Assembly (NCBI RefSeq): GCF_002854065.1
Contig: NZ_CP024147.1
Length of the DNA: 64,000 bases
Source of the DNA: Escherichia coli
Lineage (GTDB): Bacteria; Pseudomonadota; Gammaproteobacteria; Enterobacterales; Enterobacteriaceae
Reading direction: 5' to 3' (one strand)
In this document: positions 1-11,399 of the stretch, one piece after another
How the letters are laid out: each line of letters begins with the position of its first letter
Numbering within the stretch: the first letter of the stretch is position 1
Made by a program: the position numbers and the translations under genes
Notes under the pieces: generated by a model
What the model saw: only the letters and a program-made list of their open reading frames with translations
The model's database searches: none
Told to the model about the DNA's origin: nothing

Positions 1-1
1 G

Positions 2-1324
2 ATGCTGGCGCGCCAGTTAGGCCATGAAGTAACGGGTTCGGACGCCAATGTGTATCCGCCGATGAGCACCTTACTTGAGAAGCAAGGCATTGAGCTGATT
101 CAGGGTTACGATGCCAGCCAGCTCGATCCGCAGCCGGATCTGGTGATTATTGGCAACGCCATGACCCGTGGAAATCCGTGTGTGGAAGCGGTACTGGAAA
201 AAAACATCCCTTATATGTCAGGTCCACAGTGGCTGCACGATTTTGTGCTGCGCGACCGCTGGGTGCTGGCCGTTGCCGGTACACACGGCAAAACTACCAC
301 CGCGGGAATGGCGACCTGGATTCTGGAACAGTGCGGTTACAAACCGGGATTTGTGATCGGCGGTGTGCCGGGGAACTTTGAGGTTTCGGCGCGTCTGGGC
401 GAAAGCGACTTCTTTGTTATCGAAGCGGATGAGTATGACTGCGCCTTCTTCGACAAACGCTCTAAATTTGTCCATTACTGCCCGCGTACGCTGATCCTCA
501 ACAACCTTGAGTTCGATCACGCCGATATCTTTGACGACCTGAAAGCGATCCAGAAACAGTTCCACCATCTGGTGCGTATCGTTCCGGGGCAGGGCCGTAT
601 TATCTGGCCGGAAAATGACATCAACCTGAAACAGACCATGGCGATGGGCTGCTGGAGCGAGCAGGAGCTGGTGGGTGAGCAGGGTCACTGGCAGGCGAAA
701 AAGCTGACCACCGATGCTTCCGAATGGGAAGTTTTGCTGGATGGCGAAAAAGTGGGCGAAGTGAAATGGTCGCTGGTAGGCGAACATAATATGCACAATG
801 GCCTGATGGCGATTGCAGCGGCTCGCCATGTTGGTGTAGCGCCGGCAGATGCCGCTAACGCGCTGGGTTCGTTTATTAATGCTCGTCGCCGTCTGGAGTT
901 GCGTGGTGAAGCGAATGGTGTGACGGTATATGACGATTTTGCCCATCACCCGACGGCGATTCTGGCAACGCTTGCGGCGCTGCGTGGCAAAGTTGGTGGT
1001 ACGGCGCGCATTATTGCTGTGCTGGAACCGCGCTCGAATACCATGAAAATGGGGATCTGCAAAGACGATCTGGCACCTTCATTAGGTCGTGCCGATGAAG
1101 TCTTCCTGCTGCAACCGGCGCATATTCCGTGGCAGGTGGCAGAAGTGGCAGAAGCCTGCGTTCAGCCTGCACACTGGAGTGGCGATGTGGATACGCTGGC
1201 AGATATGGTGGTGAAAACCGCTCAGCCTGGCGACCATATTCTGGTGATGAGCAACGGCGGTTTTGGTGGGATCCATCAGAAACTGCTGGATGGTCTGGCG
1301 AAGAAGGCGGAAGCTGCGCAGTAA
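2..1324 (+). CDS. mpl: UDP-N-acetylmuramate:L-alanyl-gamma-D-glutamyl-meso-diaminopimelate ligase (murein peptide ligase), 5' end truncated by window edge
   Basis: ORF translation recognised as E. coli Mpl (Mur ligase fold, GTHGKTTT P-loop); ORF open to the window start. Confidence 0.9.
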   Translation: MLARQLGHEVTGSDANVYPPMSTLLEKQGIELIQGYDASQLDPQPDLVIIGNAMTRGNPCVEAVLEKNIPYMSGPQWLHDFVLRDRWVLAVAGTHGKTTTAGMATWILEQCGYKPGFVIGGVPGNFEVSARLGESDFFVIEADEYDCAFFDKRSKFVHYCPRTLILNNLEFDHADIFDDLKAIQKQFHHLVRIVPGQGRIIWPENDINLKQTMAMGCWSEQELVGEQGHWQAKKLTTDASEWEVLLDGEKVGEVKWSLVGEHNMHNGLMAIAAARHVGVAPADAANALGSFINARRRLELRGEANGVTVYDDFAHHPTAILATLAALRGKVGGTARIIAVLEPRSNTMKMGICKDDLAPSLGRADEVFLLQPAHIPWQVAEVAEACVQPAHWSGDVDTLADMVVKTAQPGDHILVMSNGGFGGIHQKLLDGLAKKAEAAQ

Positions 1325-1340
1325 TTCGGCCTCAGCCTGA

Positions 1341-1456
1341 TATAGTGTGCGTAGGCCGGATAAGGCATTCACGCCGCATCCGGCATTTGAGCATAGTGCC
1401 TGATGCGACGCTTGATGCGTCTTATCAGGCCTACAGGTGCACCGCATCCGGCAAAC
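1341..1456. repeat. REP/BIME palindromic repeat cluster
   Basis: Motifs such as gcctgatgcgacgct...gtcttatcaggcctac and aggccggataaggc..cgccgcatccggca, typical of enterobacterial REP units. Confidence 0.8.
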
Positions 1457-1479
1457 CATACTCACATCAACAACGAAAA

Positions 1480-2031
1480 TTACCCTTCATTCTCCGCCAG
1501 TTCGCGCAGATACTGGAAAATCTGGCGTGCGGATTTCGGCGGCTTATTCCCTTCTTTCTCTTTCTTCGCGTTGCGGATCAGTGTACGCAGTTGCTGACGA
1601 TCGGCATCGGGCCACAGATTCAATACTTCAGCGATGGCGTCATCACCTTGATCGATCAGACGATCGCGCAGGTTTTCCAGTTTATGGAACAGCACCACCT
1701 GCTGGTTGTGACGGTTTTTCAGCTTATCCAGCGCCTGACGAATAGGCTCTACGTCGCGCTGGCGCAGCATCTTACCGATGAGCTGCAACTGGCGGCGGCG
1801 ACCTTCCATCTTAATACGCTGGGCGAGCTCAATAGCCGCGCGCAGATCCGCATCTAACGGGATCTTATCCAGCGCGTTTTTCCCCAGATCAACAATTTCC
1901 GCGCCAAGGCGTTTTAGCTCCTCGGCATCACGTTTAATTTCACTTTTACTGACCCAGATAATTTCATCGTCTTCGTCTTCGATGTCATCACCGGGAACGT
2001 CGTCGAGCCAGTCTTCGGGCTGCTTAGTCAT
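1480..2031 (-). CDS. yjgA: Ribosome-associated DUF615 protein YjgA (DarP)
   Basis: 183-aa ORF matching E. coli YjgA from memory; acidic N-terminus. Confidence 0.85.
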
Positions 2032-2125
2032 CTCAGGCTCCTTAAAAAAAAGAGGCTAATGTTACCAGTTAAGATGCGCACTGAAAAACGGTTCTCTGTT
2101 AGACTTCAGAGAAACTCTCTACATT

Positions 2126-3478
2126 ATGGCACTTGCAATGAAAGTAATCTCTCAAGTTGAAGCGCAGCGCAAGATTCTGGAAGAAGCAGTTTCCACTGCG
2201 CTGGAGTTGGCCTCAGGCAAATCGGACGGTGCGGAAGTTGCCGTCAGCAAGACCACCGGCATTAGCGTAAGCACGCGTTATGGTGAAGTGGAGAATGTTG
2301 AATTCAATAGCGATGGCGCGCTGGGGATCACTGTTTATCACCAGAACCGCAAAGGTAGCGCATCATCCACCGATTTAAGCCCGCAGGCCATTGCCCGTAC
2401 TGTACAGGCGGCGCTGGATATTGCCCGTTATACCTCGCCAGATCCCTGTGCCGGCCTGGCAGACAAAGAACTGCTGGCCTTTGACGCACCAGATCTCGAC
2501 TTGTTCCACCCTGCTGAAGTTTCCCCGGATGATGCCATTGAACTGGCGGCCCGCGCAGAACAGGCGGCATTGCAGGCGGACAAACGCATTACCAATACCG
2601 AAGGCGGCAGTTTTAACAGCCACTACGGTGTCAAAGTTTTTGGCAACAGCCACGGCATGTTGCAGGGTTACTGCTCTACGCGTCATTCACTCTCCAGCTG
2701 TGTAATTGCCGAAGAAAATGGCGATATGGAGCGTGATTACGCCTACACCATTGGTCGTGCGATGAGCGATCTGCAAACGCCAGAGTGGGTTGGGGCCGAC
2801 TGTGCTCGCCGTACTTTATCGCGCCTGTCACCGCGTAAACTCTCCACCATGAAAGCGCCAGTCATTTTTGCCAATGAAGTGGCAACCGGGCTTTTTGGCC
2901 ATCTGGTGGGGGCGATAGCGGGTGGCTCGGTTTACCGTAAATCTACCTTTCTGCTGGATTCGCTGGGTAAACAAATTCTGCCGGACTGGCTGACCATTGA
3001 AGAGCATCCGCATCTGCTGAAAGGGCTGGCGTCGACGCCATTCGACAGCGAAGGTGTGCGCACCGAGCGTCGCGATATTATTAAAGATGGCATCCTGACT
3101 CAGTGGCTGCTGACCAGCTACTCGGCGCGGAAACTGGGGCTGAAAAGCACCGGACATGCGGGCGGTATTCACAACTGGCGGATTGCCGGACAAGGGCTAA
3201 GCTTCGAACAAATGCTCAAAGAGATGGGCACCGGGCTGGTGGTGACGGAGCTGATGGGCCAGGGCGTGAGTGCCATTACCGGTGATTATTCCCGTGGTGC
3301 AGCGGGCTTCTGGGTAGAGAATGGCGAAATTCAGTATCCCGTTAGTGAAATCACCATCGCAGGTAATTTAAAAGATATGTGGCGCAATATTGTCACCGTC
3401 GGTAACGATATTGAAACACGCAGTAATATACAGTGTGGTTCTGTGCTGTTGCCGGAGATGAAAATCGCCGGGCAGTAA
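2126..3478 (+). CDS. pmbA: Metalloprotease PmbA (TldE)
   Basis: 450-aa ORF, recognised PmbA/TldD family sequence. Confidence 0.9.
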   Translation: MALAMKVISQVEAQRKILEEAVSTALELASGKSDGAEVAVSKTTGISVSTRYGEVENVEFNSDGALGITVYHQNRKGSASSTDLSPQAIARTVQAALDIARYTSPDPCAGLADKELLAFDAPDLDLFHPAEVSPDDAIELAARAEQAALQADKRITNTEGGSFNSHYGVKVFGNSHGMLQGYCSTRHSLSSCVIAEENGDMERDYAYTIGRAMSDLQTPEWVGADCARRTLSRLSPRKLSTMKAPVIFANEVATGLFGHLVGAIAGGSVYRKSTFLLDSLGKQILPDWLTIEEHPHLLKGLASTPFDSEGVRTERRDIIKDGILTQWLLTSYSARKLGLKSTGHAGGIHNWRIAGQGLSFEQMLKEMGTGLVVTELMGQGVSAITGDYSRGAAGFWVENGEIQYPVSEITIAGNLKDMWRNIVTVGNDIETRSNIQCGSVLLPEMKIAGQ

Positions 3479-3529
3479 AAAACTGGCGCGACCTGCCGCG
3501 CCAAATCTTCATAATAAAAAAGGAAGTGA

Positions 3530-3919
<390 letters not shown>

Positions 3920-3963
3920 TTCCTCATTTCCCTGTTGCCTGCACTCAGGTAACAGGGAACTTA

Positions 3964-4428
3964 TCATCGCAAATGATGCACCACCTGATTGCTGCTGCCG
4001 CGCCAGATCAGGGAAGGGTCTTTTAAATCCTGCACAAATTTGCCGTCGACCAGCACGTTAATCAAATCAACAACCTGCATTTGCGCAGCGTTGAGTTCGT
4101 CGAGTTTATAGCCTGTCCACACCCAGATGTCTTTACCCGGACACTCGGCGCGGATGCGTTGTACCAGTTTCAGAATATCCGGCACGTTTTGCGGATGCAG
4201 CGGATCGCCGCCGGAGAGGGAAATCCCCTGGCGTTTGATACGAGTGTCATTCAGATCGTTAATGATCTGGTCTTCCATTGCTTTGGTAAATGGCTGACCA
4301 GAATTTACCCGCCATGTGCTTTTGTTATAGCAACCGGGGCATTCATGAACACACCCGGAGACAAACAGGGTGCAGCGAGTGCCGGGGCCGTTGACGATGT
4401 CGACAGGATAGTACTGATGATAATTCAT
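3964..4428 (-). CDS. nrdG: Anaerobic ribonucleotide reductase activating protein (radical SAM)
   Basis: 154-aa ORF with CxxxCxxC-type cysteine cluster; immediately downstream of nrdD on the same strand. Confidence 0.9.
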   Translation of the reverse strand: MNYHQYYPVDIVNGPGTRCTLFVSGCVHECPGCYNKSTWRVNSGQPFTKAMEDQIINDLNDTRIKRQGISLSGGDPLHPQNVPDILKLVQRIRAECPGKDIWVWTGYKLDELNAAQMQVVDLINVLVDGKFVQDLKDPSLIWRGSSNQVVHHLR

Positions 4429-4440
4429 TATTTCGCCTGG

Positions 4441-4570
<130 letters not shown>

Positions 4571-4587
4571 TTAGCGCAGAGTGAAGA

Positions 4588-6726
4588 TTAACCTATCTGC
4601 CCATTCCCCAAATGTTTAACGCGGCGCTTAACTTCTTCCTGCTTACCAGCGTTAAACGGACGTGCATCCGGGCTACCTAAATATCCGCACACGCGGCGAG
4701 TTACCGACACACGGGAGGCGTCATGGTTACCACATTTCGGGCAAGTAAAGCCTTTGCTGGTGCACTCGAACTCACCGGTAAAGCCACACTCGTAGCACTC
4801 ATCAATCGGTGTATTGGTGCCGTAATACGGTACATGCTGATAGCTGTAATCCCAGACATCTTCCAGCGCTTTCAGGTTGTGCTGAATGTTTGGATACTCG
4901 CCGTAGCAAATGAAACCACCGTTCGCCAGCGGCGGGTAAGGCGCTTCAAAGTCGATCTTGTCGTACGGGTTAACCTTCTTCTCCACATCAAGGTGGAAAC
5001 TGTTGGTGTAGTAACCTTTATCGGTCACGCCCGGCACCACGCCAAACTCAGCAGTATCGAGACGGCAGAAGCGGTCGCACAGGTTTTCACTCGGCGTGCT
5101 GTAGAGACTGAAACCATAACCCGTTTCTTCTTTCCACTGATCCACTGCCTGACGCAGACGTTCAACAATCGCGATACCTTTCGCGCGGAGCTGCTCGTTG
5201 TCGTAAACATGCTCGCCGCCGAACAGCGCGTTAATGGTTTCGTGGATGCCGATGTAACCCAGCGAAATAGACGCACGACCGTTTTTGAAGATTTCAGAAA
5301 CATCATCGTCAGCATTCAGACGCACGCCACAAGCACCTTCCATATAAAGGATCGGGGCCACGCGCGCTTTCACGCCTTCCAGACGAGCGATACGGGTCAT
5401 CAGCGCCTTACGTGCCAGCACCAGACGTTCATCCAGCAGCTTCCAGAAGGTGGCTTCATCGCCTTTTGCTTCCAGAGCAATACGCGGCAGGTTCAGGCTG
5501 ATCACGCCGAGGTTGTTACGACCATCGTGGATCTGCTCGCCGTTTTCATTTTCCCACACGCCGAGGAAGCTGCGGCAGCCCATCGGGGTTTTAAACGAAC
5601 CGGTGACTTTCACTACCTGATCGTAGTTCAGGATATCCGGATACATGCGCTTGCTTGCGCACTCCAGCGCCAGCTGTTTGATGTCGTAGTTCGGATCGCC
5701 TTTTTTATGGTTCAGACCATCGCGAATCGCAAACACCAGTTTCGGGAACACCGCAGTTTTACGGTTTTTACCGAGACCTGCGATACGGTTACGCAGGATA
5801 GATTCCTGAATCAGGCGCGATTCCCAGCTGGTGCCCAGACCAAAACCAAAAGTTACAAACGGCGTTTGACCGTTGGCGGTATGCAGGGTGTTTACTTCGT
5901 ACTCCAGCGACTGGAAGGCATCGTAGCACTCTTTAATGGTACGAGAGTTAGCGTAGCCTTCTGCGTCCGGGATGCTCCACTCTTCTGCGGTCTTGCGATG
6001 TTTGTTGTAGCTGGCGGTGACAAACGGTGCCAGCACTTCATCGATACGGTTAATGGTGGTGCCGCCATAAATATGGCTGGCAACCTGAGCAATAATCTGC
6101 GCAGTTACCGCGGTTGCCGTTGAGATCGACTTCGGCGGTTCAATCTCGGCGTTCCCCATTTTAAAGCCCTGGGTCAGCATGCCTTTCAGGTCGATCAACA
6201 TGCAGTTGAACATCGGGAAAAACGGTGAGTAATCGAGATCGTGATAGTGAATATCGCCACGCTCATGTGCCTGCACCACGTCACGCGGCAGCAGGTGCTG
6301 ACGTGCATAGTGTTTAGCCACGATCCCGGCCAGCAGGTCGCGCTGGGTTGGAATCACCTTGCTGTCTTTGTTGGCGTTTTCGTTGAGTAACGAGGCGTTG
6401 GTCTGCTCGACCAGACCACGGATCTCCTGGTTCAGGCGACCGCGTTTTTCACGTTCAATGTCGCGATCGTGACGGTACTCGATGTAAGCGCGAGCCAGTT
6501 GTTTGTATGGACCCGACATCAGCTGGTTTTCAACTGCGGTCTGGATCTCGTTGATATCCACCTGGTTGCGGCCCTGCATCTGCTCGCTGACAACCGCGGC
6601 AACAGTGGCGCAATAATCGGCATCATCGACTTCCGCTGCTTTAGCTGCACGCAGAATCGCTTCTTTGATGCGCTCTGATTTAAACGGCACTTTGCAGCCG
6701 TCTCGTTTCATCACATGCGGTGTCAT
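4588..6726 (-). CDS. nrdD: Anaerobic ribonucleoside-triphosphate reductase (class III, glycyl radical enzyme)
   Basis: 712-aa ORF; C-terminal glycyl-radical motif RVCGYLG and Zn-ribbon cysteines. Confidence 0.92.
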   Translation of the reverse strand: MTPHVMKRDGCKVPFKSERIKEAILRAAKAAEVDDADYCATVAAVVSEQMQGRNQVDINEIQTAVENQLMSGPYKQLARAYIEYRHDRDIEREKRGRLNQEIRGLVEQTNASLLNENANKDSKVIPTQRDLLAGIVAKHYARQHLLPRDVVQAHERGDIHYHDLDYSPFFPMFNCMLIDLKGMLTQGFKMGNAEIEPPKSISTATAVTAQIIAQVASHIYGGTTINRIDEVLAPFVTASYNKHRKTAEEWSIPDAEGYANSRTIKECYDAFQSLEYEVNTLHTANGQTPFVTFGFGLGTSWESRLIQESILRNRIAGLGKNRKTAVFPKLVFAIRDGLNHKKGDPNYDIKQLALECASKRMYPDILNYDQVVKVTGSFKTPMGCRSFLGVWENENGEQIHDGRNNLGVISLNLPRIALEAKGDEATFWKLLDERLVLARKALMTRIARLEGVKARVAPILYMEGACGVRLNADDDVSEIFKNGRASISLGYIGIHETINALFGGEHVYDNEQLRAKGIAIVERLRQAVDQWKEETGYGFSLYSTPSENLCDRFCRLDTAEFGVVPGVTDKGYYTNSFHLDVEKKVNPYDKIDFEAPYPPLANGGFICYGEYPNIQHNLKALEDVWDYSYQHVPYYGTNTPIDECYECGFTGEFECTSKGFTCPKCGNHDASRVSVTRRVCGYLGSPDARPFNAGKQEEVKRRVKHLGNGQIG

Positions 6727-6961
6727 GATCGCTCCATATTTTTAAGAACAGGTTATCCACAGAAATTGGGAAAGGCGTTTTCCGGTTTTTTCGTTTCGTT
6801 TTCCGGTGCTTTCCGCAATCGCCATCCGCTTATCCACAACGCCGCACCTTTTTCGTGGGGAGCTGTAGTAGCAATTATAGTCGATTAATACAACATATTG
6901 GGTTGGGACGCATTTTAAAGTCTATATATAGTGCTTTGCATCAAGGATGTTTTAACTTTTT

Positions 6962-6975
6962 TTGATGTAGCTCAA
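6962..6975. promoter_or_regulatory. Candidate FNR-type site (TTGAT-N4-CTCAA) upstream of nrdDG
   Basis: One-mismatch match to the TTGATnnnnATCAA consensus about 240 bp upstream of the nrdD start; nrdDG is known to be FNR-activated. Confidence 0.3.
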
Positions 6976-7119
6976 AGTAAAAAGCAGAGCGTACGGATGA
7001 CGGGCGCTACAGCGTTATGTAAATTTTTTAATGAATTTGCTGGTTGAAAAATCAACAAAAACAACATGCTGACAGACAAAACCCCGGAATGACCGGCATT
7101 ACCGGGGCTTAGGGAAGAT

Positions 7120-8775
7120 TTACTTCTGTAACCACCAGACAGCCTCAAAAGGCCGTAAATTCATGGCACAGGGTTGTGGTGAGGCTTCTTCGTAGTTATG
7201 CATCACAAGCTGCCAGTTGCCGCGCATTTGCCCTGGCTGCCAGGGTTGGATCTCACGGCTAAGGTTGGCAATGACCAGCAAGGTTTGCCCCTTCCATTCA
7301 CGGCGATAGCACCACAATACAGGGCTGTTTGGCAGCAGATCCTGGTAATTGCCCCATGTCAGGATGGCTTCTTGCTTACGCAGTGCGATTAACTTTTGGT
7401 AGGTGTAAAACACCGAGGACTCATCGGCCAGCGCGGCTTCTACGTTGATTTGTTGATAGTTATCGCCCAGGCCAATCCACGGTTCGCCAGCCGTAAACCC
7501 GGCATTATCGCCGTTGCTCCATTGCATGGGCGTGCGGCTGTTGTCACGGGATTTACTGGCGAGGATTGCCAATAACTCGTCGGCATCACGACCATCGTTG
7601 CGCAGCTCGGCAAACATATTGAGGCTCTCCACGTCGCGATAGTCAGTAATGCGCGTGAAATGCGGGTTGGTCATGCCAATCTCTTCGCCCTGGTAGATAT
7701 ACGGCGTTCCCTGCATGCCATGCAGCACCATCGCCAGCATTTTTGCCGCAGGCACGCGGTATTCACCTTCATCACCAAAGCGAGAAATAATGCGCGGCTG
7801 ATCGTGGTTACACCAGAACAAGGCATTCCATGCCACGTTGTGCATTCCTTGTTGCCAGTGGCGGAACAATGTTTTCAACGCCACAAAGTCAGGTTTAGCC
7901 AGCGTCCATTTTTCACCACCGGGATAATCGACCTTCAGGTGATGAAAATTAAAGGTCATCGACAATTCACTGCCTGTCAGTGCCGCGTATCGCTGGCAAT
8001 GCTCAAGGCTGGTGGAGGACATTTCACCTACGGTCATTAACCCGCGTGGCGTAAACACATCGCGGTTCATCTCGTGCAAAAACTCGTGTGCTCGTGGCCC
8101 GTCGGTGTAGAAGCGACGCCCGTCGCCATCCAGGTCATCAGGGAAACGTGGGTCTTTGGAGATCAGATTCACCACATCCAGGCGCAACCCGTCGACCCCA
8201 CGATCGGCCCAGAACTCACAGACTTTTTTCAGCTCTGCGCGTACCGCTGGATTCTCCCAGTTGAGATCCGCCTGCTCTGGTGCAAAGAGATGCAAATAGT
8301 ACTGTTCGCTTTCCGCATGCCAGCGCCACGCACTACCGCCAAATTTTGAACGCCAGTTGTTCGGTGGCGTTTCTGGTTCGCCATCGCGCCAGATATAAAA
8401 CTGGCGGTAAGGGCTTTCTTTGTTCAGCGCCTCGCGAAACCAGGCATGTTGGGTAGAGGTATGGTTAAACACCATATCGAGAATGATACGAATCCCGCGC
8501 GATTTTGCCTGCGTCACCAGTTCGTCAAAATCGTCCAGCGTGCCGTAAGTGGGATCAATCGCCGTATAGTTCGCTACGTCGTAACCGTTATCGACCTGGG
8601 GAGAGACATAAAAGGGGGTTAGCCAGATGGCATCAACGCCCAGTTTATGCAGATAGCCCAGGCGTTGGATAACGCCACGTAAATCGCCGGTGCCGCTACC
8701 CGTGGTGTCCTGAAAACTCTTTGGATAAATCTGGTAGATAACGCCGTTTTGCCACCAGTGGGGAAGATTAGTCAT
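7120..8775 (-). CDS. treC: Trehalose-6-phosphate hydrolase
   Basis: GH13 alpha-glucosidase-like ORF; start placed at the internal Met (MTNLPHWWQNG...) rather than the longest ORF, which would overlap treB. Confidence 0.88.
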   Translation of the reverse strand: MTNLPHWWQNGVIYQIYPKSFQDTTGSGTGDLRGVIQRLGYLHKLGVDAIWLTPFYVSPQVDNGYDVANYTAIDPTYGTLDDFDELVTQAKSRGIRIILDMVFNHTSTQHAWFREALNKESPYRQFYIWRDGEPETPPNNWRSKFGGSAWRWHAESEQYYLHLFAPEQADLNWENPAVRAELKKVCEFWADRGVDGLRLDVVNLISKDPRFPDDLDGDGRRFYTDGPRAHEFLHEMNRDVFTPRGLMTVGEMSSTSLEHCQRYAALTGSELSMTFNFHHLKVDYPGGEKWTLAKPDFVALKTLFRHWQQGMHNVAWNALFWCNHDQPRIISRFGDEGEYRVPAAKMLAMVLHGMQGTPYIYQGEEIGMTNPHFTRITDYRDVESLNMFAELRNDGRDADELLAILASKSRDNSRTPMQWSNGDNAGFTAGEPWIGLGDNYQQINVEAALADESSVFYTYQKLIALRKQEAILTWGNYQDLLPNSPVLWCYRREWKGQTLLVIANLSREIQPWQPGQMRGNWQLVMHNYEEASPQPCAMNLRPFEAVWWLQK

Positions 8776-8824
8776 TACGTTATTCCTGCAAATGCGAGAG
8801 GGCGCAATTGCGCCCCGAAGAAAA

Positions 8825-10246
8825 TTAAACAATGTCCAGCGTGCCCAGGCGGTATTTCCGCTGATAGATAAACGAGGTGAGTACAATCGGGATGATGATG
8901 GCGATAGCCATTGCCAGCGCAAACACCTGCCAGTAGCTCGGTTGAATCGAGAGAATTCCCGGCAGGCCGCCTACGCCGATGCCATTCGCCATAACGCCGT
9001 TCAGGCCGCATAGCAATCCTGCCAGACCAGAACCAATCATCGCGCACAGCATCGGGAAGCGATATTTCAGGTTGATGCCGTACATTGCAGGCTCAGTGAC
9101 CCCAAGCCAGGCGGAGATAGCGGCAGGCACGGAGATCTCGCGTTCATTGTGCTTGCGGCTGGAAATGATAATGCCTATCACGGCGGAGCCCTGAGCGATA
9201 TTCGACAGCGCAATCAGCGGCCACACTGGCGTGCCACCCATGCTTTGAATCATCTGCAAATCAATAGCAAGGGTGGTCTGGTGTACGCCGGTGATCACCA
9301 GCGGCGCGTACAGGAAGCCAAACAATGCCGCACCAATCGGAGCAAAGCTGCCGGTCATCAGGTGACGTACCGCAAAGGCAACGCCATCGCCAATCATGCG
9401 ACCAAACGGACCAATCAGCGCATGGGCGAGGAACACCGCGAGGATCAGCGAACAGACGGGTACCACCACCAGATAGAGGTAATCCGGCACGATGCGTTTA
9501 AGGCGAGTTTCAATAACGCCCAGCGCCAGTCCGGCTAACAGTGCCGGGATCACCTGCGCCTGATAGCCTACTTTGGCGATGCTGAACATGCCAAAGTCCC
9601 ACACTTCCGGCAGCTGCTGCCCGAGCAGATAAGCGTTCATCAGCTGTGGAGAAACCAGTGTCACGCCAAGCACGATACCGAGGATCGGCGTGCCGCCCAT
9701 TTTTTTCACCGCTGACCAGCAAATCCCGACCGGCAGGTAGAAGAAGATCGCTTCACCGATCAACCACAGAAAATCGTAGATCGTTTGCAGGGAAGGGTAC
9801 ATTTGCGCCAGCGTTTGACCGTTGCTCATGGGCAAATCGCCGATCACATTGCGAAAACCGAGGATCAAACCGCCGCTAATCAACGCGGGCAGCAACGGGA
9901 AGAAGATCTCCGCGAAATGAGAGATCAACTGCTCATGCCATTTCATATTCTGCCGGGCGGCTTTTTTTACCTGCTCTTTATCAACCTGCGCCTGTCCGGT
10001 TGACGCTATTAGTGCTTGATAGTAATCACCCACATTGGTGCCAATCACCACCTGAAATTGCCCGGCATTGGTGAAACAGCCTTTCACCATGGGGAGTTGC
10101 TCAATTTCTTTCGGTCTGGCATTGGCCGGTTGGTTGAGGACAAAGCGCAGGCGAGTAATACAGTGGCTCACTGTCGCAATATTGCCGCGCCCGCCGACCA
10201 GTTCAATCAACCGATCGATATCCGTTTGGTTTATTTTGCTCATCAT
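8825..10246 (-). CDS. treB: PTS trehalose-specific EIIBC component
   Basis: 473-aa polytopic membrane ORF with PTS EIIB cysteine motif, directly upstream of treC. Confidence 0.9.
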   Translation of the reverse strand: MMSKINQTDIDRLIELVGGRGNIATVSHCITRLRFVLNQPANARPKEIEQLPMVKGCFTNAGQFQVVIGTNVGDYYQALIASTGQAQVDKEQVKKAARQNMKWHEQLISHFAEIFFPLLPALISGGLILGFRNVIGDLPMSNGQTLAQMYPSLQTIYDFLWLIGEAIFFYLPVGICWSAVKKMGGTPILGIVLGVTLVSPQLMNAYLLGQQLPEVWDFGMFSIAKVGYQAQVIPALLAGLALGVIETRLKRIVPDYLYLVVVPVCSLILAVFLAHALIGPFGRMIGDGVAFAVRHLMTGSFAPIGAALFGFLYAPLVITGVHQTTLAIDLQMIQSMGGTPVWPLIALSNIAQGSAVIGIIISSRKHNEREISVPAAISAWLGVTEPAMYGINLKYRFPMLCAMIGSGLAGLLCGLNGVMANGIGVGGLPGILSIQPSYWQVFALAMAIAIIIPIVLTSFIYQRKYRLGTLDIV

Positions 10247-10364
10247 AAAGCCCCATGGCAGATGACATTTTTGGTTGGCTGCAGAATATATTGCGCGGAA
10301 AAATTTAAAAACGGGAACGTTCCCGAAACGCAGCGAAGATCACAATTTATCGTTCAGGAAACGA

Positions 10365-11312
10365 TCAGGACAGGGTGGCGGGGATGATGATTTGTTGCGG
10401 TTCGCTGCGCCCGGTTACCTGTGCGATCAACTGGCAGGCCGCCTGGCGTCCAGCTTCGGCGTAACCAGGATCTACGGTGACGATCTCCGGATGAAGGAAT
10501 TTCATTAATGGCGTATTACCGACGCTCGCCAGTTGCAAGGTGTCGATGCGTTGCTCTTGCAGGTATTTACTTGCGCCAAGTGCCAGCGTGTCGGTTGCGC
10601 ACAGTAAGGCGGTAGTTTCAGGCGTAATCACTTTTGCTACGTTCTCATAGCCTTGCTTCATAGCAAGGCCTGGCAGAGCGGCAACGGGATGCAGTTTATG
10701 CGCTTTGCAGAACGCCAGGTAGGCTTCGTGACGTCGCTTCCCGGTCGTCACGTCACTATGCGGCACGCCGAGATAACTGATATTACGATGCCCCTGGTCA
10801 TACAGCCGTTGCATCAGGATCTTGATTGCCCCTTCGTCGTCATAACAGACCGAAGCAAAACCTTTTGCGTCACGCGCCAGCAGAACCAGCGATGACTGCC
10901 AGTGGGCTAACATTTCTTCTGTTATGCCAGTAAAACCGAACAGCACTACGCCGTCGATATTACGCCGTTTCAGCACCCCCAAATGTTCGGCAACTAATTG
11001 TGGGGAAAACTGACTTTCCATCATGATTGGGTCGTAACCTTGTTCATAGAACGCTGGCAGCATGGTTTGAACGGCGAGATTTTCTGACAACGAATCCAGA
11101 CGGGTAACAATGATGGCGACCACTTTATCGCTTTGCCCACGCATAGCGCGCGCAGAGCGGGAAGGGGAAAATCCATGCTGATTCATCACTGCTTCAACAC
11201 GCTCGCGGGTGCGCTGGCTCACGCCGCTTTCGTTATTCAGCACCCGGGAAACTGTAGATTTCCCCACGCCGCTTAAGCGTGCGATGTCTTTGATGGTCAG
11301 CCGATTTTGCAT
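10365..11312 (-). CDS. treR: Trehalose operon repressor (LacI family)
   Basis: 315-aa ORF with N-terminal HTH (TIKDIARLSGVGKSTVSRVLN) and periplasmic-binding-protein-like fold. Confidence 0.9.
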   Translation of the reverse strand: MQNRLTIKDIARLSGVGKSTVSRVLNNESGVSQRTRERVEAVMNQHGFSPSRSARAMRGQSDKVVAIIVTRLDSLSENLAVQTMLPAFYEQGYDPIMMESQFSPQLVAEHLGVLKRRNIDGVVLFGFTGITEEMLAHWQSSLVLLARDAKGFASVCYDDEGAIKILMQRLYDQGHRNISYLGVPHSDVTTGKRRHEAYLAFCKAHKLHPVAALPGLAMKQGYENVAKVITPETTALLCATDTLALGASKYLQEQRIDTLQLASVGNTPLMKFLHPEIVTVDPGYAEAGRQAACQLIAQVTGRSEPQQIIIPATLS

Positions 11313-11399
11313 CCTGTTGTCCTGTAACGTGTTGTTTAATTATTTGAGCCTAACTTTACCCGTGCATTCAGCAATGGGTAAAGTCTGGTTTATCGTTGG

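Noticed and set aside
4723-6123. 466-aa plus-strand ORF inside nrdD
   Set aside because: Lies entirely antisense to the well-supported nrdD coding sequence; low-complexity, Arg/Val-rich translation typical of antisense frames in GC-rich genes.
7044-7055. TTGAAAAATCAA as an FNR/CRP site
   Set aside because: Only 4 bp separate TTGA and TCAA rather than the 6 bp required by the TTGAT-N4-ATCAA consensus.
8776-8922. N-terminal extension of the treC ORF to 600 aa
   Set aside because: The extension overlaps the treB 3' end; the internal Met (MTNLPHWW...) matches the expected TreC N-terminus.
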